From positions 135,230 through 199,229 of the forward strand of contig CAZNIK010000002.1 in the NCBI GenBank assembly GCA_964573095.1: a DNA stretch of 64,000 nt. The letters run 5' to 3'. The DNA comes from an uncultured Candidatus Saccharibacteria bacterium (GTDB lineage Bacteria > Patescibacteriota > Saccharimonadia > Saccharimonadales > 2-12-FULL-41-12). The number at the start of each line of letters is the position of its first letter. The stretch's first letter is position 1. The notes under the pieces were generated by a model. The model did not search any database. It was not told the origin of the DNA and saw nothing but the letters and a program-made list of their open reading frames with translations. Positions 8,087 through 16,594 of the stretch are shown here, in pieces. The position numbers and the translations under genes were made by a program.

Positions 8087-8515
8087 TTAGTTTCCAGCTT
8101 CGATTGCACTCTTCAGCACAAACTTCACGATAAACTGTGCGAGAGCCACGATCACGAGACCGATAACCGCGTAGAGAATGGTGTTCTTTGCACCCGTAAC
8201 GTTCCCGGAGTCGCCCCCAGAAGTAATGTAGCGGAAGCCGCCAATGATTATCATCACCACGGCAACCACCCCAACAATTACTGAGAAGATGTTGACGATC
8301 TCGGTAATTAGCGAGTTTACCTTATCCTCGGGGTTTTGGTTCCCTTGGTTACAGCTTTCATCGCCGCCAAACTTTAAGTCAGCACCCTGGCAAAGCGATC
8401 CATCAATATTAGCCCCAGCTTGCGCCCCCACCGAGCTCGAAACCGCCAGCGCCGGTACCGCAAGCAGTCCTAATGCAAAAGTCGCCAACATTAATTTTTT
8501 TAGTTTCGTAATCAT
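8087..8515 (-). CDS. VirB2/TrbC-like T4SS pilin paralog 1 of 6
   Basis: Signal peptide MITKLKKLMLATFALGLLAVPALA and the Cys pair CQGADLKFGGDESC. The C-terminal TM hairpin is IVGVVAVVMIIIGGFRYITSGGDSGNVTGAKNTILYAVIGLVIVALAQFIV. Confidence 0.6.
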   Translation of the reverse strand: MITKLKKLMLATFALGLLAVPALAVSSSVGAQAGANIDGSLCQGADLKFGGDESCNQGNQNPEDKVNSLITEIVNIFSVIVGVVAVVMIIIGGFRYITSGGDSGNVTGAKNTILYAVIGLVIVALAQFIVKFVLKSAIEAGN

Positions 8516-8583
8516 TTTTTAATTTCCTTTCTAATCACTGCTTGGTTTATATCATAATTTCTTATGCTTGTACAACCATTTAT

Positions 8584-8985
8584 CTAGAGAGTTTTTATGA
8601 CAAACTTGACTATTATCTGCGCAAAGGCAGCTACCGCCAAACCAACAAATGCATAAATTAAGCCGTTTCTCGCCGAAGCAACCGCGTTAGAGTCACCCCC
8701 AGACGTGATGAACCGCAGGCCATAGATAATTATCATTATCACTGCCACAATTCCGACAATAATGCTTAAGATGTTAATTACTCTGCCAATAAGCCTATTG
8801 ACTCTATTTCGTTGAACCTCCGAATCGCATGTTCCGCCAGATCCAAGATTTGCGCCTTTGCAGACTTCCTGTTTTGATGCGCTAAATGGACTCTGGGCGC
8901 TTGCAAACGACGGACTCAAAACCCCTAGCACCAACACCGCCAGAAGTGTCATACTCACCACTATTCTTCTAGTCATTTCTGTCAT
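8584..8985 (-). CDS. VirB2/TrbC-like T4SS pilin paralog 2 of 6
   Basis: Signal peptide and the Cys pair CKGANLGSGGTC. The hairpin is IVGIVAVIMIIIYGLRFITSGGDSNAVASARNGLIYAFVGLAVAAFAQIIV. Confidence 0.6.
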   Translation of the reverse strand: MTEMTRRIVVSMTLLAVLVLGVLSPSFASAQSPFSASKQEVCKGANLGSGGTCDSEVQRNRVNRLIGRVINILSIIVGIVAVIMIIIYGLRFITSGGDSNAVASARNGLIYAFVGLAVAAFAQIIVKFVIKTL

Positions 8986-8989
8986 CTCC

Positions 8990-9376
8990 TTATACCTGCG
9001 ATATAAATAATCTTACTATCAACTGAGCGGCACCAACAATTACAAGCCCAACCGCGGCATAAATTACCATGTTCCGCGTAGTCGCAACCTCTTGAGGATT
9101 ATTGCCGCTCGTAATAAACCGCAACCCCGCAACAATAAAGATAATAACCGCTGCGATGCCCGCAATAATTGACACCAGATTTACCAAATTGGTGATAATA
9201 CCTTCTCTACCGTACAGCGGGTTTGCGCCGTCTAGATTTTTGTCTTTGCAGACACTAGAGTCTCGGGCATTACCCTTACAAACATCTTTGAACGTGTCTA
9301 CTGCATGCACTTGAGCGGCGCCTCCGATGGGGGATAGGGTGAACAGAATCAGCGGAATGAGTAAAAATCTTTTCAT
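8990..9376 (-). CDS. VirB2/TrbC-like T4SS pilin paralog 3 of 6
   Basis: Signal peptide MKRFLLIPLILFTLSPIGGAAQVHA and the Cys pair CKGNARDSSVC. The hairpin is IAGIAAVIIFIVAGLRFITSGNNPQEVATTRNMVIYAAVGLVIVGAAQLIV. Confidence 0.6.
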   Translation of the reverse strand: MKRFLLIPLILFTLSPIGGAAQVHAVDTFKDVCKGNARDSSVCKDKNLDGANPLYGREGIITNLVNLVSIIAGIAAVIIFIVAGLRFITSGNNPQEVATTRNMVIYAAVGLVIVGAAQLIVRLFISQV

Positions 9377-9666
9377 TAGAATTGTCCCAAAAGCGTAATT
9401 ACAATCGAATAGGCCAAAAGCACAATAGCCAACCCAATTAGTGAATATATTATGGCATTTTTAGCCCGAGATATTTTTTCGGGATTATCGCCGCCGGTGA
9501 TGAGATTAAGCCCAGCAATCACAACTATTAATACTGCAATTGCACCTGCTACCCCAAATACAACCGCCATAATATCGCCAATAGAGCCCTGGTCAGCTTT
9601 TACCTCCGGCAGTTTGGTAAGTTTGCTATTGTCAATTTTCGCTTGGGCCAGCAATTCTTTAATCAT
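9376..9666 (-). CDS. VirB2/TrbC-like T4SS pilin paralog 4 of 6 (short, no signal peptide)
   Basis: 96 aa with the hairpin VFGVAGAIAVLIVVIAGLNLITGGDNPEKISRAKNAIIYSLIGLAIVLLAYSIV. Its stop overlaps the next start as TAATG. Confidence 0.55.
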   Translation of the reverse strand: MIKELLAQAKIDNSKLTKLPEVKADQGSIGDIMAVVFGVAGAIAVLIVVIAGLNLITGGDNPEKISRAKNAIIYSLIGLAIVLLAYSIVITLLGQF

Positions 9667-10082
9667 TGTTGAAATGTCCCCGCAATAAAGCTCACCACCG
9701 CAGTCGCCGATACGGCGATGATAAGACCAATCAGTGCATCAATCACGGTTTTTTTTGCAGTACCGATCTTATCTGGAGAGCCTCCACCGCCCGATTGTCC
9801 GCTAGCGGTAATGTATTTGATGCCACCAACAATCACAAACATCACCGCCACCACAACCGCCACCCGCAGAAGAATCTCAATTATTGCGAGCACTATTAAC
9901 CAGACGTCATTTAGGCCGGTCAGCTCTGGAGTGCACACTCTCTGACCTTCTACGATAGATCTTTTGCCGTTTAGGTATTTATACCACTTTGGAAAGCCAA
10001 AAAAACTTCCACCTGGACATGGGGCCCCAAACAAAAAGCTATGTTCCAGATTTAGTTTGAGGTGCAAAAGTGTCAAATACAT
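9663..10082 (-). CDS. VirB2/TrbC-like T4SS pilin paralog 5 of 6
   Basis: The hairpin is VAVVVAVMFVIVGGIKYITASGQSGGGGSPDKIGTAKKTVIDALIGLIIAVSATAVV. It overlaps paralog 4 by 4 nt. Confidence 0.55.
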   Translation of the reverse strand: MYLTLLHLKLNLEHSFLFGAPCPGGSFFGFPKWYKYLNGKRSIVEGQRVCTPELTGLNDVWLIVLAIIEILLRVAVVVAVMFVIVGGIKYITASGQSGGGGSPDKIGTAKKTVIDALIGLIIAVSATAVVSFIAGTFQQ

Positions 10083-10099
10083 ACTGGTTAGGTCTTATC

Positions 10100-10726
10100 T
10101 TACTTAAAGAGCCCTCCTGGCACCAAATATTGAACAAGCGCAAAACTGAAGATATACACAACCAAACCGATGACAGAGTTCTGAATTCTGTTCTTTGCGG
10201 CCTGGGTTTGTTCGGGATTGCCTTGAGAAGAGCTATACAATATACCGGCGTAAATTATCGACCCCACGACGATCAGCCCTACGCCCGCCGAAACAAAGCG
10301 AATTATTGAAAAAACCAAATCCAGTATTGGATTAACTGATGCGCCTGGGTATTTTGGGCCAAGACAGCCGAAGTTAAACTTGGTGTTTACCACCGCACCT
10401 TTCTTGCCGTCTTTTTTTCCACACTGATATTTACCAGCTTCACCAAGAGAGATGCTACTGGAGCCACCGGTAGATGTGGAGTCACCCGGTTTTTTGTCCT
10501 TGTAGTCCTTCGCGATGTTGCGAGCGCAGTCGTCCTTTCTTTCCAGAACTGTGCTGGTACACTTCTTATTAACTTCGGCAACACATTTTTTATTTTCTAC
10601 TTTATTCGGACATTGATCCGATGGAGCCGCACCGACTATTTGACTTTGAGCAAAAACAAGGCAAAAAACACCGAAAAACATTCCAATCGATAGGGTGAAA
10701 AGTCTTAATGATCGAGATCGGCGCAT
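10100..10726 (-). CDS. VirB2/TrbC-like T4SS pilin paralog 6 of 6, with a long Lys/Cys-rich N-terminal ectodomain
   Basis: The ORF-track start 10765 overlaps the promoter -10, so ATG 10726 is preferred; it gives the signal peptide MRRSRSLRLFTLSIGMFFGVFCLVFA. The C-terminal hairpin is FVSAGVGLIVVGSIIYAGILYSSSQGNPEQTQAAKNRIQNSVIGLVVYIFSFALV. Confidence 0.5.
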   Translation of the reverse strand: MRRSRSLRLFTLSIGMFFGVFCLVFAQSQIVGAAPSDQCPNKVENKKCVAEVNKKCTSTVLERKDDCARNIAKDYKDKKPGDSTSTGGSSSISLGEAGKYQCGKKDGKKGAVVNTKFNFGCLGPKYPGASVNPILDLVFSIIRFVSAGVGLIVVGSIIYAGILYSSSQGNPEQTQAAKNRIQNSVIGLVVYIFSFALVQYLVPGGLFK

Positions 10727-10764
10727 ACAATAATTTTTTATTTTTCTAGTATTACTATTCCACA

Positions 10765-10793
10765 ATTATGCACTTTGATAGGTTTATTTGCAA
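10765..10793 (-). promoter_or_regulatory. candidate promoter of the pilin operon
   Basis: On the minus strand, TTGCAA (10793-10788)-N17-CATAAT (10770-10765). Confidence 0.3.
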
Positions 10794-10860
10794 TTAACAT
10801 AAGATTGTTAGGCATTTTATTAATGATAAAGCTGTATTAGACTTAAAAGCAGATAAGCTT

Positions 10861-11631
10861 ATGCGTAATAAAACACCAAAATTACTTGTTTGCGCTATTT
10901 TGATTTTCGCCTCCAGTGCGAGCTTTCTGATTGTTCCACCAAAGCATACCTTTGCGGCGGCGCCTGAAGGTTTAAAGAAATCTGCATGTAAGGATGTTCG
11001 AGTAAAAAAGTCTTGCGAAGATGGTGTAGATCTTGGTTACGACAAAAGCGTCGCTGGCGCAACCGATGAAAACAAAGTTTGCGGGAATAAGCCTAAGCCG
11101 GTTGGCAAGGGAGGTACTGGACTAACTGTCGAGGCTGCCGACAAGCGCATAGGCTGCGTTGCGGGTGTTGCTGCGGGCAAGACCCAGGGCGAAAAAGCTA
11201 ACCAAGACAAAGCCGAAGAAAAATGTAAGAACAAAAGTGGCGCAAAAAAGGAAAGTTGTATTAAAGGCGCAAAGGCGGCACTTGCTGGCGAGAAAAAAGA
11301 GGACGCTTGTAAAGACGACGCCAACAAGTCCGACTGCGAAGACGGCTTTGATCTTATCAATAGCGAGGATGCCAACGACCAACCCGACTGTGATACAAAA
11401 CTTACTTCAACGCTTAGTTGGATTATCTGTCCTCTGGTTGACATGGGGGTTGGGCTTACAGACTACGTGTTCGAAAACTTTGTTCAGCCATTTCTGGACA
11501 GTGTGCCCGTGAGCACAGACACAAAATCTGGAACCTACAAAGCGTGGCAACAATTTAGAGTTATTGCGAATGTGCTGTTAATAGGTACGCTGCTTGTGGT
11601 TGTCTATTCGCAAATAAAGGGGGATCGATAG
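10861..11631 (+). CDS. secreted Lys/Cys-rich protein with C-terminal TM helix (T4SS-locus component, unknown function)
   Basis: Signal peptide MRNKTPKLLVCAILIFASSASFLIV..FAAAP. It has a duplicated CKD-x5-CEDG-x-DL motif and a C-terminal TM helix VIANVLLIGTLLVVVY. It ends at TAG 11629-11631, in frame with the next ORF. Confidence 0.5.
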   Translation: MRNKTPKLLVCAILIFASSASFLIVPPKHTFAAAPEGLKKSACKDVRVKKSCEDGVDLGYDKSVAGATDENKVCGNKPKPVGKGGTGLTVEAADKRIGCVAGVAAGKTQGEKANQDKAEEKCKNKSGAKKESCIKGAKAALAGEKKEDACKDDANKSDCEDGFDLINSEDANDQPDCDTKLTSTLSWIICPLVDMGVGLTDYVFENFVQPFLDSVPVSTDTKSGTYKAWQQFRVIANVLLIGTLLVVVYSQIKGDR

Positions 11632-13608
11632 TTGCTTGACGCGTACACCGTTAGAAAAGCCATTCCGCGGATTGTTGTGGCGGTAATTGCTATCAATCTG
11701 TCGATTTATCTGTGTGTGGCCGCGCTTGATATTACTACTGTCGTCGGCAAGGGAATTGGGCAAATACTTGTGTCTGCATTTGTAGAGCCAGGTGATTTCA
11801 AAGGAATAAAGGTAGAGCCCAATACAGAAAATAGCATATTGGGTGTGCTCGGTGTCGGGGGAATTGGAGCAATAATTGCAGCAATTATTGCAAGTGGTGG
11901 AGCAATTGCCGTATCGCTTCTAGGATTATTGTTGCCTCTCGTAATCACAATTGCCTTGACTGCGCTGGCAATACTCTTTACTCTAGTCATCTGGCAAGCA
12001 CTTGTTATTTTTCTGACAGTAATTTCGCCGGTTGCAATTGCATGTTATATCTTGCCAGGAACAGAGAAGTATTTTAAGCAGTGGTGGGACCTATACTTTA
12101 GAACTTTGCTGGTTTATCCAATCATTGCCGTTCTTTTTGCAATGGGAAACGTTATGGGAGCAATCTTGCTTGGTGCGTCAACCAGCTCTCCAGACGGCGT
12201 AGGAACAATTCAATTGGTCGCCGCAGTTTTGGTAATTTTTGCACCATTGGTGCTTATTCCTTTTGCGTTCAAATTGGCCGGTGGAGCAATTGCGTCGGTA
12301 ATGAACCTCGCGCAAGGCCGAGCATCAACTTTGGCGGGTAGAGCTGGACAGTCAATTCAAAAATCTCGACAAGACCCAAACAGCTGGCTGGGCAGTCGCG
12401 CGTTTCGGGCAAGGGAAAACCGCAGAACCGCCGGTTTTACTCCCGGCCAAATAATGAGCGGCTTATCAAGTGGCACAAAAGCAACTTTGCGGGGCAGGTC
12501 ATTTAGATCCGCATATAGTGCTGCATCAGGGACACTTGGCAGAGAGTCAGCTTTTGATCAAGCAAGTGCTTTTATGGAGAACAATGCTGCGTTCAAGGCA
12601 ATTAGTGGAAACGACGATACCTTGTGGGCATTTCGACACGGCAAAAACGAGGCAGAAGTAAGAAAATATCTAGGTGAAAAAGGCTTGGAGGGAAGAGACC
12701 TTGATGAATCCGTAGCTATGGTCATGAGAGCTCGCGCGCAAACTAGTAAAGAGGTTGGTGACATTGCTGCAGTTCGCGCTCAAGCCAAAACTGGGACCGG
12801 CTATGCCGATAATGCCGATATGTACGAGGATATCATTACTGCTGCGGGTGGCGACATGAACCTTGGGGCGAGAATGTATGCAGAAATGCGTGGTTCGGCA
12901 GTTAATTCAGGTCGCATGGAATTAGGCACCGCAAGCTTCATGGCTGGAGTAGAAGGCATGAGCGGTATTCGTGATGCAATCGCGTCTGGAGATAACGCAG
13001 CTGTTATGAGTGCAAAAGAAGCCGCAAACAAAAAAACATTGCGATCTGTTATTGACTCCAATTCATCGGCTGCCGCTGTCCACGGCAAACCAAAGAGCGC
13101 GGAGGCAATCGCTGAAGCCCACAGAGAAAAAATCGATGACTTTATGCACAGCCTAAGCACCGGCGCAGTTATTGACGTAAACGGTCAGCAGAGAGTAGCA
13201 ACTGCAAGAGACGTAAAACAGGCACTTGCGGCTGCACACGGTGTACACGATGCCATGCAGAGTGCATCTCCTCAAAACGCAAGAGCTTTCGCAGATAAGT
13301 TGATGGGCGGAGGCATTAATGTGGCCGGTCTATCCAGTGAAGCAAGGGCATCGCTAGGTCCAGCTTTCGAAGCTCCTGCAATTGGTGGCCAATCTTCGCT
13401 TGGCCCTTCCGGGAACTTAACCTATAAAATGGTAATGGATGACTTAGCTGGTAGAGATCAAACCTACGCTGAGCTAAGGCGCGATTTTGCCAATGCCAGC
13501 CTTGCTCAACAAGCAGAAAGAGACTATGAAATTCGTAGCCAAATGAACCCACCCGCTGCGGGTCAAAATCCTGGCGGACCTCCGCCTCCTCCCGGCGGTA
13601 CACCGTAA
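11632..13608 (+). CDS. VirB6/TrbL-like polytopic membrane protein with long C-terminal extension
   Basis: The TTG start directly follows the upstream TAG, with SD AAGGGGGA at 11617-11624. The first ~230 aa contain at least 6 hydrophobic helices. A ~400-aa Ala-rich hydrophilic region follows, ending in the Pro-rich tail GGPPPPPGGTP. Confidence 0.55.
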   Translation: MLDAYTVRKAIPRIVVAVIAINLSIYLCVAALDITTVVGKGIGQILVSAFVEPGDFKGIKVEPNTENSILGVLGVGGIGAIIAAIIASGGAIAVSLLGLLLPLVITIALTALAILFTLVIWQALVIFLTVISPVAIACYILPGTEKYFKQWWDLYFRTLLVYPIIAVLFAMGNVMGAILLGASTSSPDGVGTIQLVAAVLVIFAPLVLIPFAFKLAGGAIASVMNLAQGRASTLAGRAGQSIQKSRQDPNSWLGSRAFRARENRRTAGFTPGQIMSGLSSGTKATLRGRSFRSAYSAASGTLGRESAFDQASAFMENNAAFKAISGNDDTLWAFRHGKNEAEVRKYLGEKGLEGRDLDESVAMVMRARAQTSKEVGDIAAVRAQAKTGTGYADNADMYEDIITAAGGDMNLGARMYAEMRGSAVNSGRMELGTASFMAGVEGMSGIRDAIASGDNAAVMSAKEAANKKTLRSVIDSNSSAAAVHGKPKSAEAIAEAHREKIDDFMHSLSTGAVIDVNGQQRVATARDVKQALAAAHGVHDAMQSASPQNARAFADKLMGGGINVAGLSSEARASLGPAFEAPAIGGQSSLGPSGNLTYKMVMDDLAGRDQTYAELRRDFANASLAQQAERDYEIRSQMNPPAAGQNPGGPPPPPGGTP

Positions 13609-13637
13609 TAGAACATAAAACCAGCCTCTAGCTATTC

Positions 13638-14663
13638 CTAGGGATTTTCGCCTTCGGTCTTCTCAATATTTATCAGTGTGCTGTTTAAAATCGATAGCAC
13701 TTCAGCATCACTTACTAATGCATAGCCGTGCTTTGTACTTTCTTCCATTGTGTGAGTATTCTCAATTAATCCAGCAAGAAGTGCGTAGTATTTTTCTCTC
13801 TCTTCATCACTTAGGGATTTAACGTCCGTCGGAAGATTCGGCATAATAAAATCCGGGTCGGAAAACCAAACTTGACGATTTATTTTCTTTGTTCCGCCAC
13901 TTTCAATCAGACTATACTCTCTGTTCAGTTCGCCTTGCTGCGTGCGCTCAACAAATGTAATGCTTGCTATCTCCGTGTGTTCCATCAATAGATTCTCTTT
14001 TCTGTCGTTTTTGTTAATCCAGGCAAACGTTACATTTTGACCACCAATAATTTCATAACTTGAGATATGGAAATTCCCCGTAGTAGCTCCGCTTGTTTTT
14101 GAGAAAAATTCTACAACTTCTGAAAAAGCGGATATCGTGCTGTCCATGGGCAACTCGCTGCGATTGGATACCTCTAAATTGTAGGATTTTACATAGCTAG
14201 GGGTCACAAAATTTCTGCCCAGCGTAAACTCATTTACTGGAGCCATTTGTTTTGGTATTGCAATAAGCTTTTCGCTTGGATCTATCTTTTGATACCTTAT
14301 CAATTCGCCGTCTTTACGAACAAACTTACCCATTGCGTATTCTGCTAACACACCACTTTGATGCCTCGTGTATACTCCGCGCTCAACGCCTCTTCTGTCA
14401 TTTAATGCCGCAAAGAGCGGACTCACTTCATGAAGCTTTTCCCTGGCTGCCATTACAGGAGGGGCAAATACGTTAGGGTCCAGGGCTTGGAGTTTATCTA
14501 AAGTATATGCATTCTCTTTTGATAGGTGTCCGAGCCAACGATCGTTTGGCCAAGGAAGCCCAGTTTCACCGGAAACAGGATCATAGTTGCTTAGCTTTGG
14601 GCCAGCCTCTCCAGCGGAGATTGGGTTATTTTGGGGATTCATAAGGACTTGATTATGGCTCAT
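13638..14663 (-). CDS. hypothetical cytoplasmic protein (orphan embedded in the T4SS locus)
   Basis: 341-aa ORF with no TM helix or signal peptide and no motif I can assign. Confidence 0.5.
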   Translation of the reverse strand: MSHNQVLMNPQNNPISAGEAGPKLSNYDPVSGETGLPWPNDRWLGHLSKENAYTLDKLQALDPNVFAPPVMAAREKLHEVSPLFAALNDRRGVERGVYTRHQSGVLAEYAMGKFVRKDGELIRYQKIDPSEKLIAIPKQMAPVNEFTLGRNFVTPSYVKSYNLEVSNRSELPMDSTISAFSEVVEFFSKTSGATTGNFHISSYEIIGGQNVTFAWINKNDRKENLLMEHTEIASITFVERTQQGELNREYSLIESGGTKKINRQVWFSDPDFIMPNLPTDVKSLSDEEREKYYALLAGLIENTHTMEESTKHGYALVSDAEVLSILNSTLINIEKTEGENP

Positions 14664-14679
14664 TTTCGGTCCCTAAAGT

Positions 14680-15387
14680 CTATAGTCCCTTTATCATTAG
14701 TTCGATTCGTTTTTTAAGTCTGCTAAACTTATCAACGACCTTCTCTTTTTCAGCTCGGCTTTTTTTGTTTGCTTCATGTAGCATCTCTTGTTTTTCGCGC
14801 GATGCTTCGTATCTTATTGCGTTACGCCGCTCTCGTCCTTTTTCCGAATCTGAGTACTCGCCACTTTCTAGCCTTTGTTCCTGCTTTGGCGTAGCAACAT
14901 CTTTGCCATAGATAAATTCAAGCCTTGCTTGTTTGGCTCCCTCCTTAAAGGCCTTTCTTTTTCTACGCTCAACTTTATCAAGCCTCCGTTTTTCTTTCCT
15001 GGTAATTGGTTTGTGCTCGGTTGAAGCTTGAGTGGATATTGCTGCCTCAACTAGCTCGTACAACCTAGTTTTTGGTTCGTTAGACTCTGGTACTTTTTTT
15101 GATTCTGGAGCTTCCGTACTTGCCTGTTCTTGTCTCGTCAACCGTCTTCCTATTTCAGAAAGGCGAACATTATTATCGACACTCTGGGGAGTTGGGCTTG
15201 GCTGAATTTGCATCACATCTCTACGGGTTAGTGGGATTGCTTGTTGCTCTGGAATGGCGTTAATCTGCGCTGTTGTTGATTCATGTGTAGCAGCAGCACC
15301 TAATTCCATTGTTATTTTCGGAGTATTGGGTACAAGGTAGGAAATCTTTACTCTTTCTGAAGTGTAGTTTTTTTGTTTTTCTGACAT
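14680..15387 (-). CDS. hypothetical highly charged Lys/Arg/Glu-rich protein (orphan embedded in the T4SS locus)
   Basis: The ORF-track entry 14680..15492 is trimmed to ATG 15387 (MSEKQKNYTSERVK...). The C-terminal half is a charged helical region (KEKRRLDKVERRKRKAFKEGAKQ...KKSRAEKEKVVDKFSRLKKRIE). Confidence 0.45.
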   Translation of the reverse strand: MSEKQKNYTSERVKISYLVPNTPKITMELGAAATHESTTAQINAIPEQQAIPLTRRDVMQIQPSPTPQSVDNNVRLSEIGRRLTRQEQASTEAPESKKVPESNEPKTRLYELVEAAISTQASTEHKPITRKEKRRLDKVERRKRKAFKEGAKQARLEFIYGKDVATPKQEQRLESGEYSDSEKGRERRNAIRYEASREKQEMLHEANKKSRAEKEKVVDKFSRLKKRIELMIKGL

Positions 15388-15547
15388 AGGTAAGTAATAT
15401 ATTAACATATATAGTTGAGTATTGCAAGTGTCCCGGTAAGCTTCCCGGTGTTTACCCGAAACTGCATGTTTGGACAGCTTCAAGACCCTCACTGAGCTAC
15501 GCTAACACTGCTCCTCACCTCATCTGCTACAATAAGCGTAAGAAGTT

Positions 15548-16543
15548 ATGGCGACACACAAAGTAATTCAAGACATTGAGGCCGAAGACAAGTTTCTTGG
15601 TCCTCTGACGATCAAACAGTTCATATTCGGGGCAATTGGGGTGTTTTTTGGGTGGTTAAACTTTTTTGCCTTTGCCAAAGGCTTTCCTTTGGCGGCAATT
15701 GTTTTTGCGCCGCCGATGTTGCTCGGCTTTTTCTTGGCTATTCCCTGGAGCAAAGATCAACCAACTGAAGTGTGGGTACTTGCCAAGTTGCGGTTTCGCC
15801 TTAAGCCAAAGCGGCGAGTGTGGGACCAAGATGGTATTCAAGAACTCGTGACAATTACCGCACCCAAAAAAGTAGAGAAATATCTGACAAACACCCTGTC
15901 TCAGACGGAGGTAAAAAGCCGACTAAAAGCCCTCGCAGAAACCATAGACAGCCGTGGCTGGGCCATCAAGCACGCGTCGCTAAACACGCCTGTCGTTGGG
16001 GCGGAAGGGACTGATCGGCTTCTTGGGGCGCAAGCCTTTGCCGATGAAGTGCCAGCAGTCGACACAAACTCTATCGAAGACATGTTTGAAGATAGCCCAG
16101 TTTCTAGCGCCTTTGACCACATGATAAAAGAAAAAACCCAGGAAGTTCGTCAAGCCAACCTCGACAAACTTGACCGAATTCGACAAGGCGAACCCTTGGA
16201 GACAATCCACCAAAATCCACCGGTCATCACGCCGCCGTTAGAAAATGTAAGCCCGGCCGCAGCCACTCTTGCTCCAGACACTAACGAGAAACAGCTGAGT
16301 CAACAATTAGCAGCCAGTCGGGCAGCAACCAACGACGCCTACGAAAATATGCATAAAATCGGCTCCAAAAAACCCCAAAAAGTTGACGACGATCAGCAAA
16401 AAGCACAAGCATCTATCGCAACCCTGTCTACCCCTGCTATAATGAGGCTAGCCCATAACGACTATCTCGACGTCGCGACCATTGCCAGACAAGCAAAAAA
16501 GGAAATTGGCCAGGTTGACGAGGTGGTCGTATCGCTGCACTAA
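15548..16543 (+). CDS. PrgI/VirB3-like T4SS membrane protein
   Basis: The N-terminus IEAEDKFLGPLTIKQFIFGAIGVFFGWLNFFAF plus a second TM helix matches the PrgI-family pattern. A long hydrophilic C-terminal tail follows. Confidence 0.6.
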   Translation: MATHKVIQDIEAEDKFLGPLTIKQFIFGAIGVFFGWLNFFAFAKGFPLAAIVFAPPMLLGFFLAIPWSKDQPTEVWVLAKLRFRLKPKRRVWDQDGIQELVTITAPKKVEKYLTNTLSQTEVKSRLKALAETIDSRGWAIKHASLNTPVVGAEGTDRLLGAQAFADEVPAVDTNSIEDMFEDSPVSSAFDHMIKEKTQEVRQANLDKLDRIRQGEPLETIHQNPPVITPPLENVSPAAATLAPDTNEKQLSQQLAASRAATNDAYENMHKIGSKKPQKVDDDQQKAQASIATLSTPAIMRLAHNDYLDVATIARQAKKEIGQVDEVVVSLH

Positions 16544-16594
16544 GACAAACAATCATCTAGCGATTACTCTGGTGGGAAGTAACGAGTAGACGAC

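Noticed and set aside
9749-9756. Homopolymer tracts as phase-variation switches (T8 in pilin paralog 5; also G7 at 205-211 and several A7/T7 runs)
   Set aside because: The tracts are short (8 nt or less) and fall in Lys codons or near gene ends. Without population data there is no evidence of length variation.
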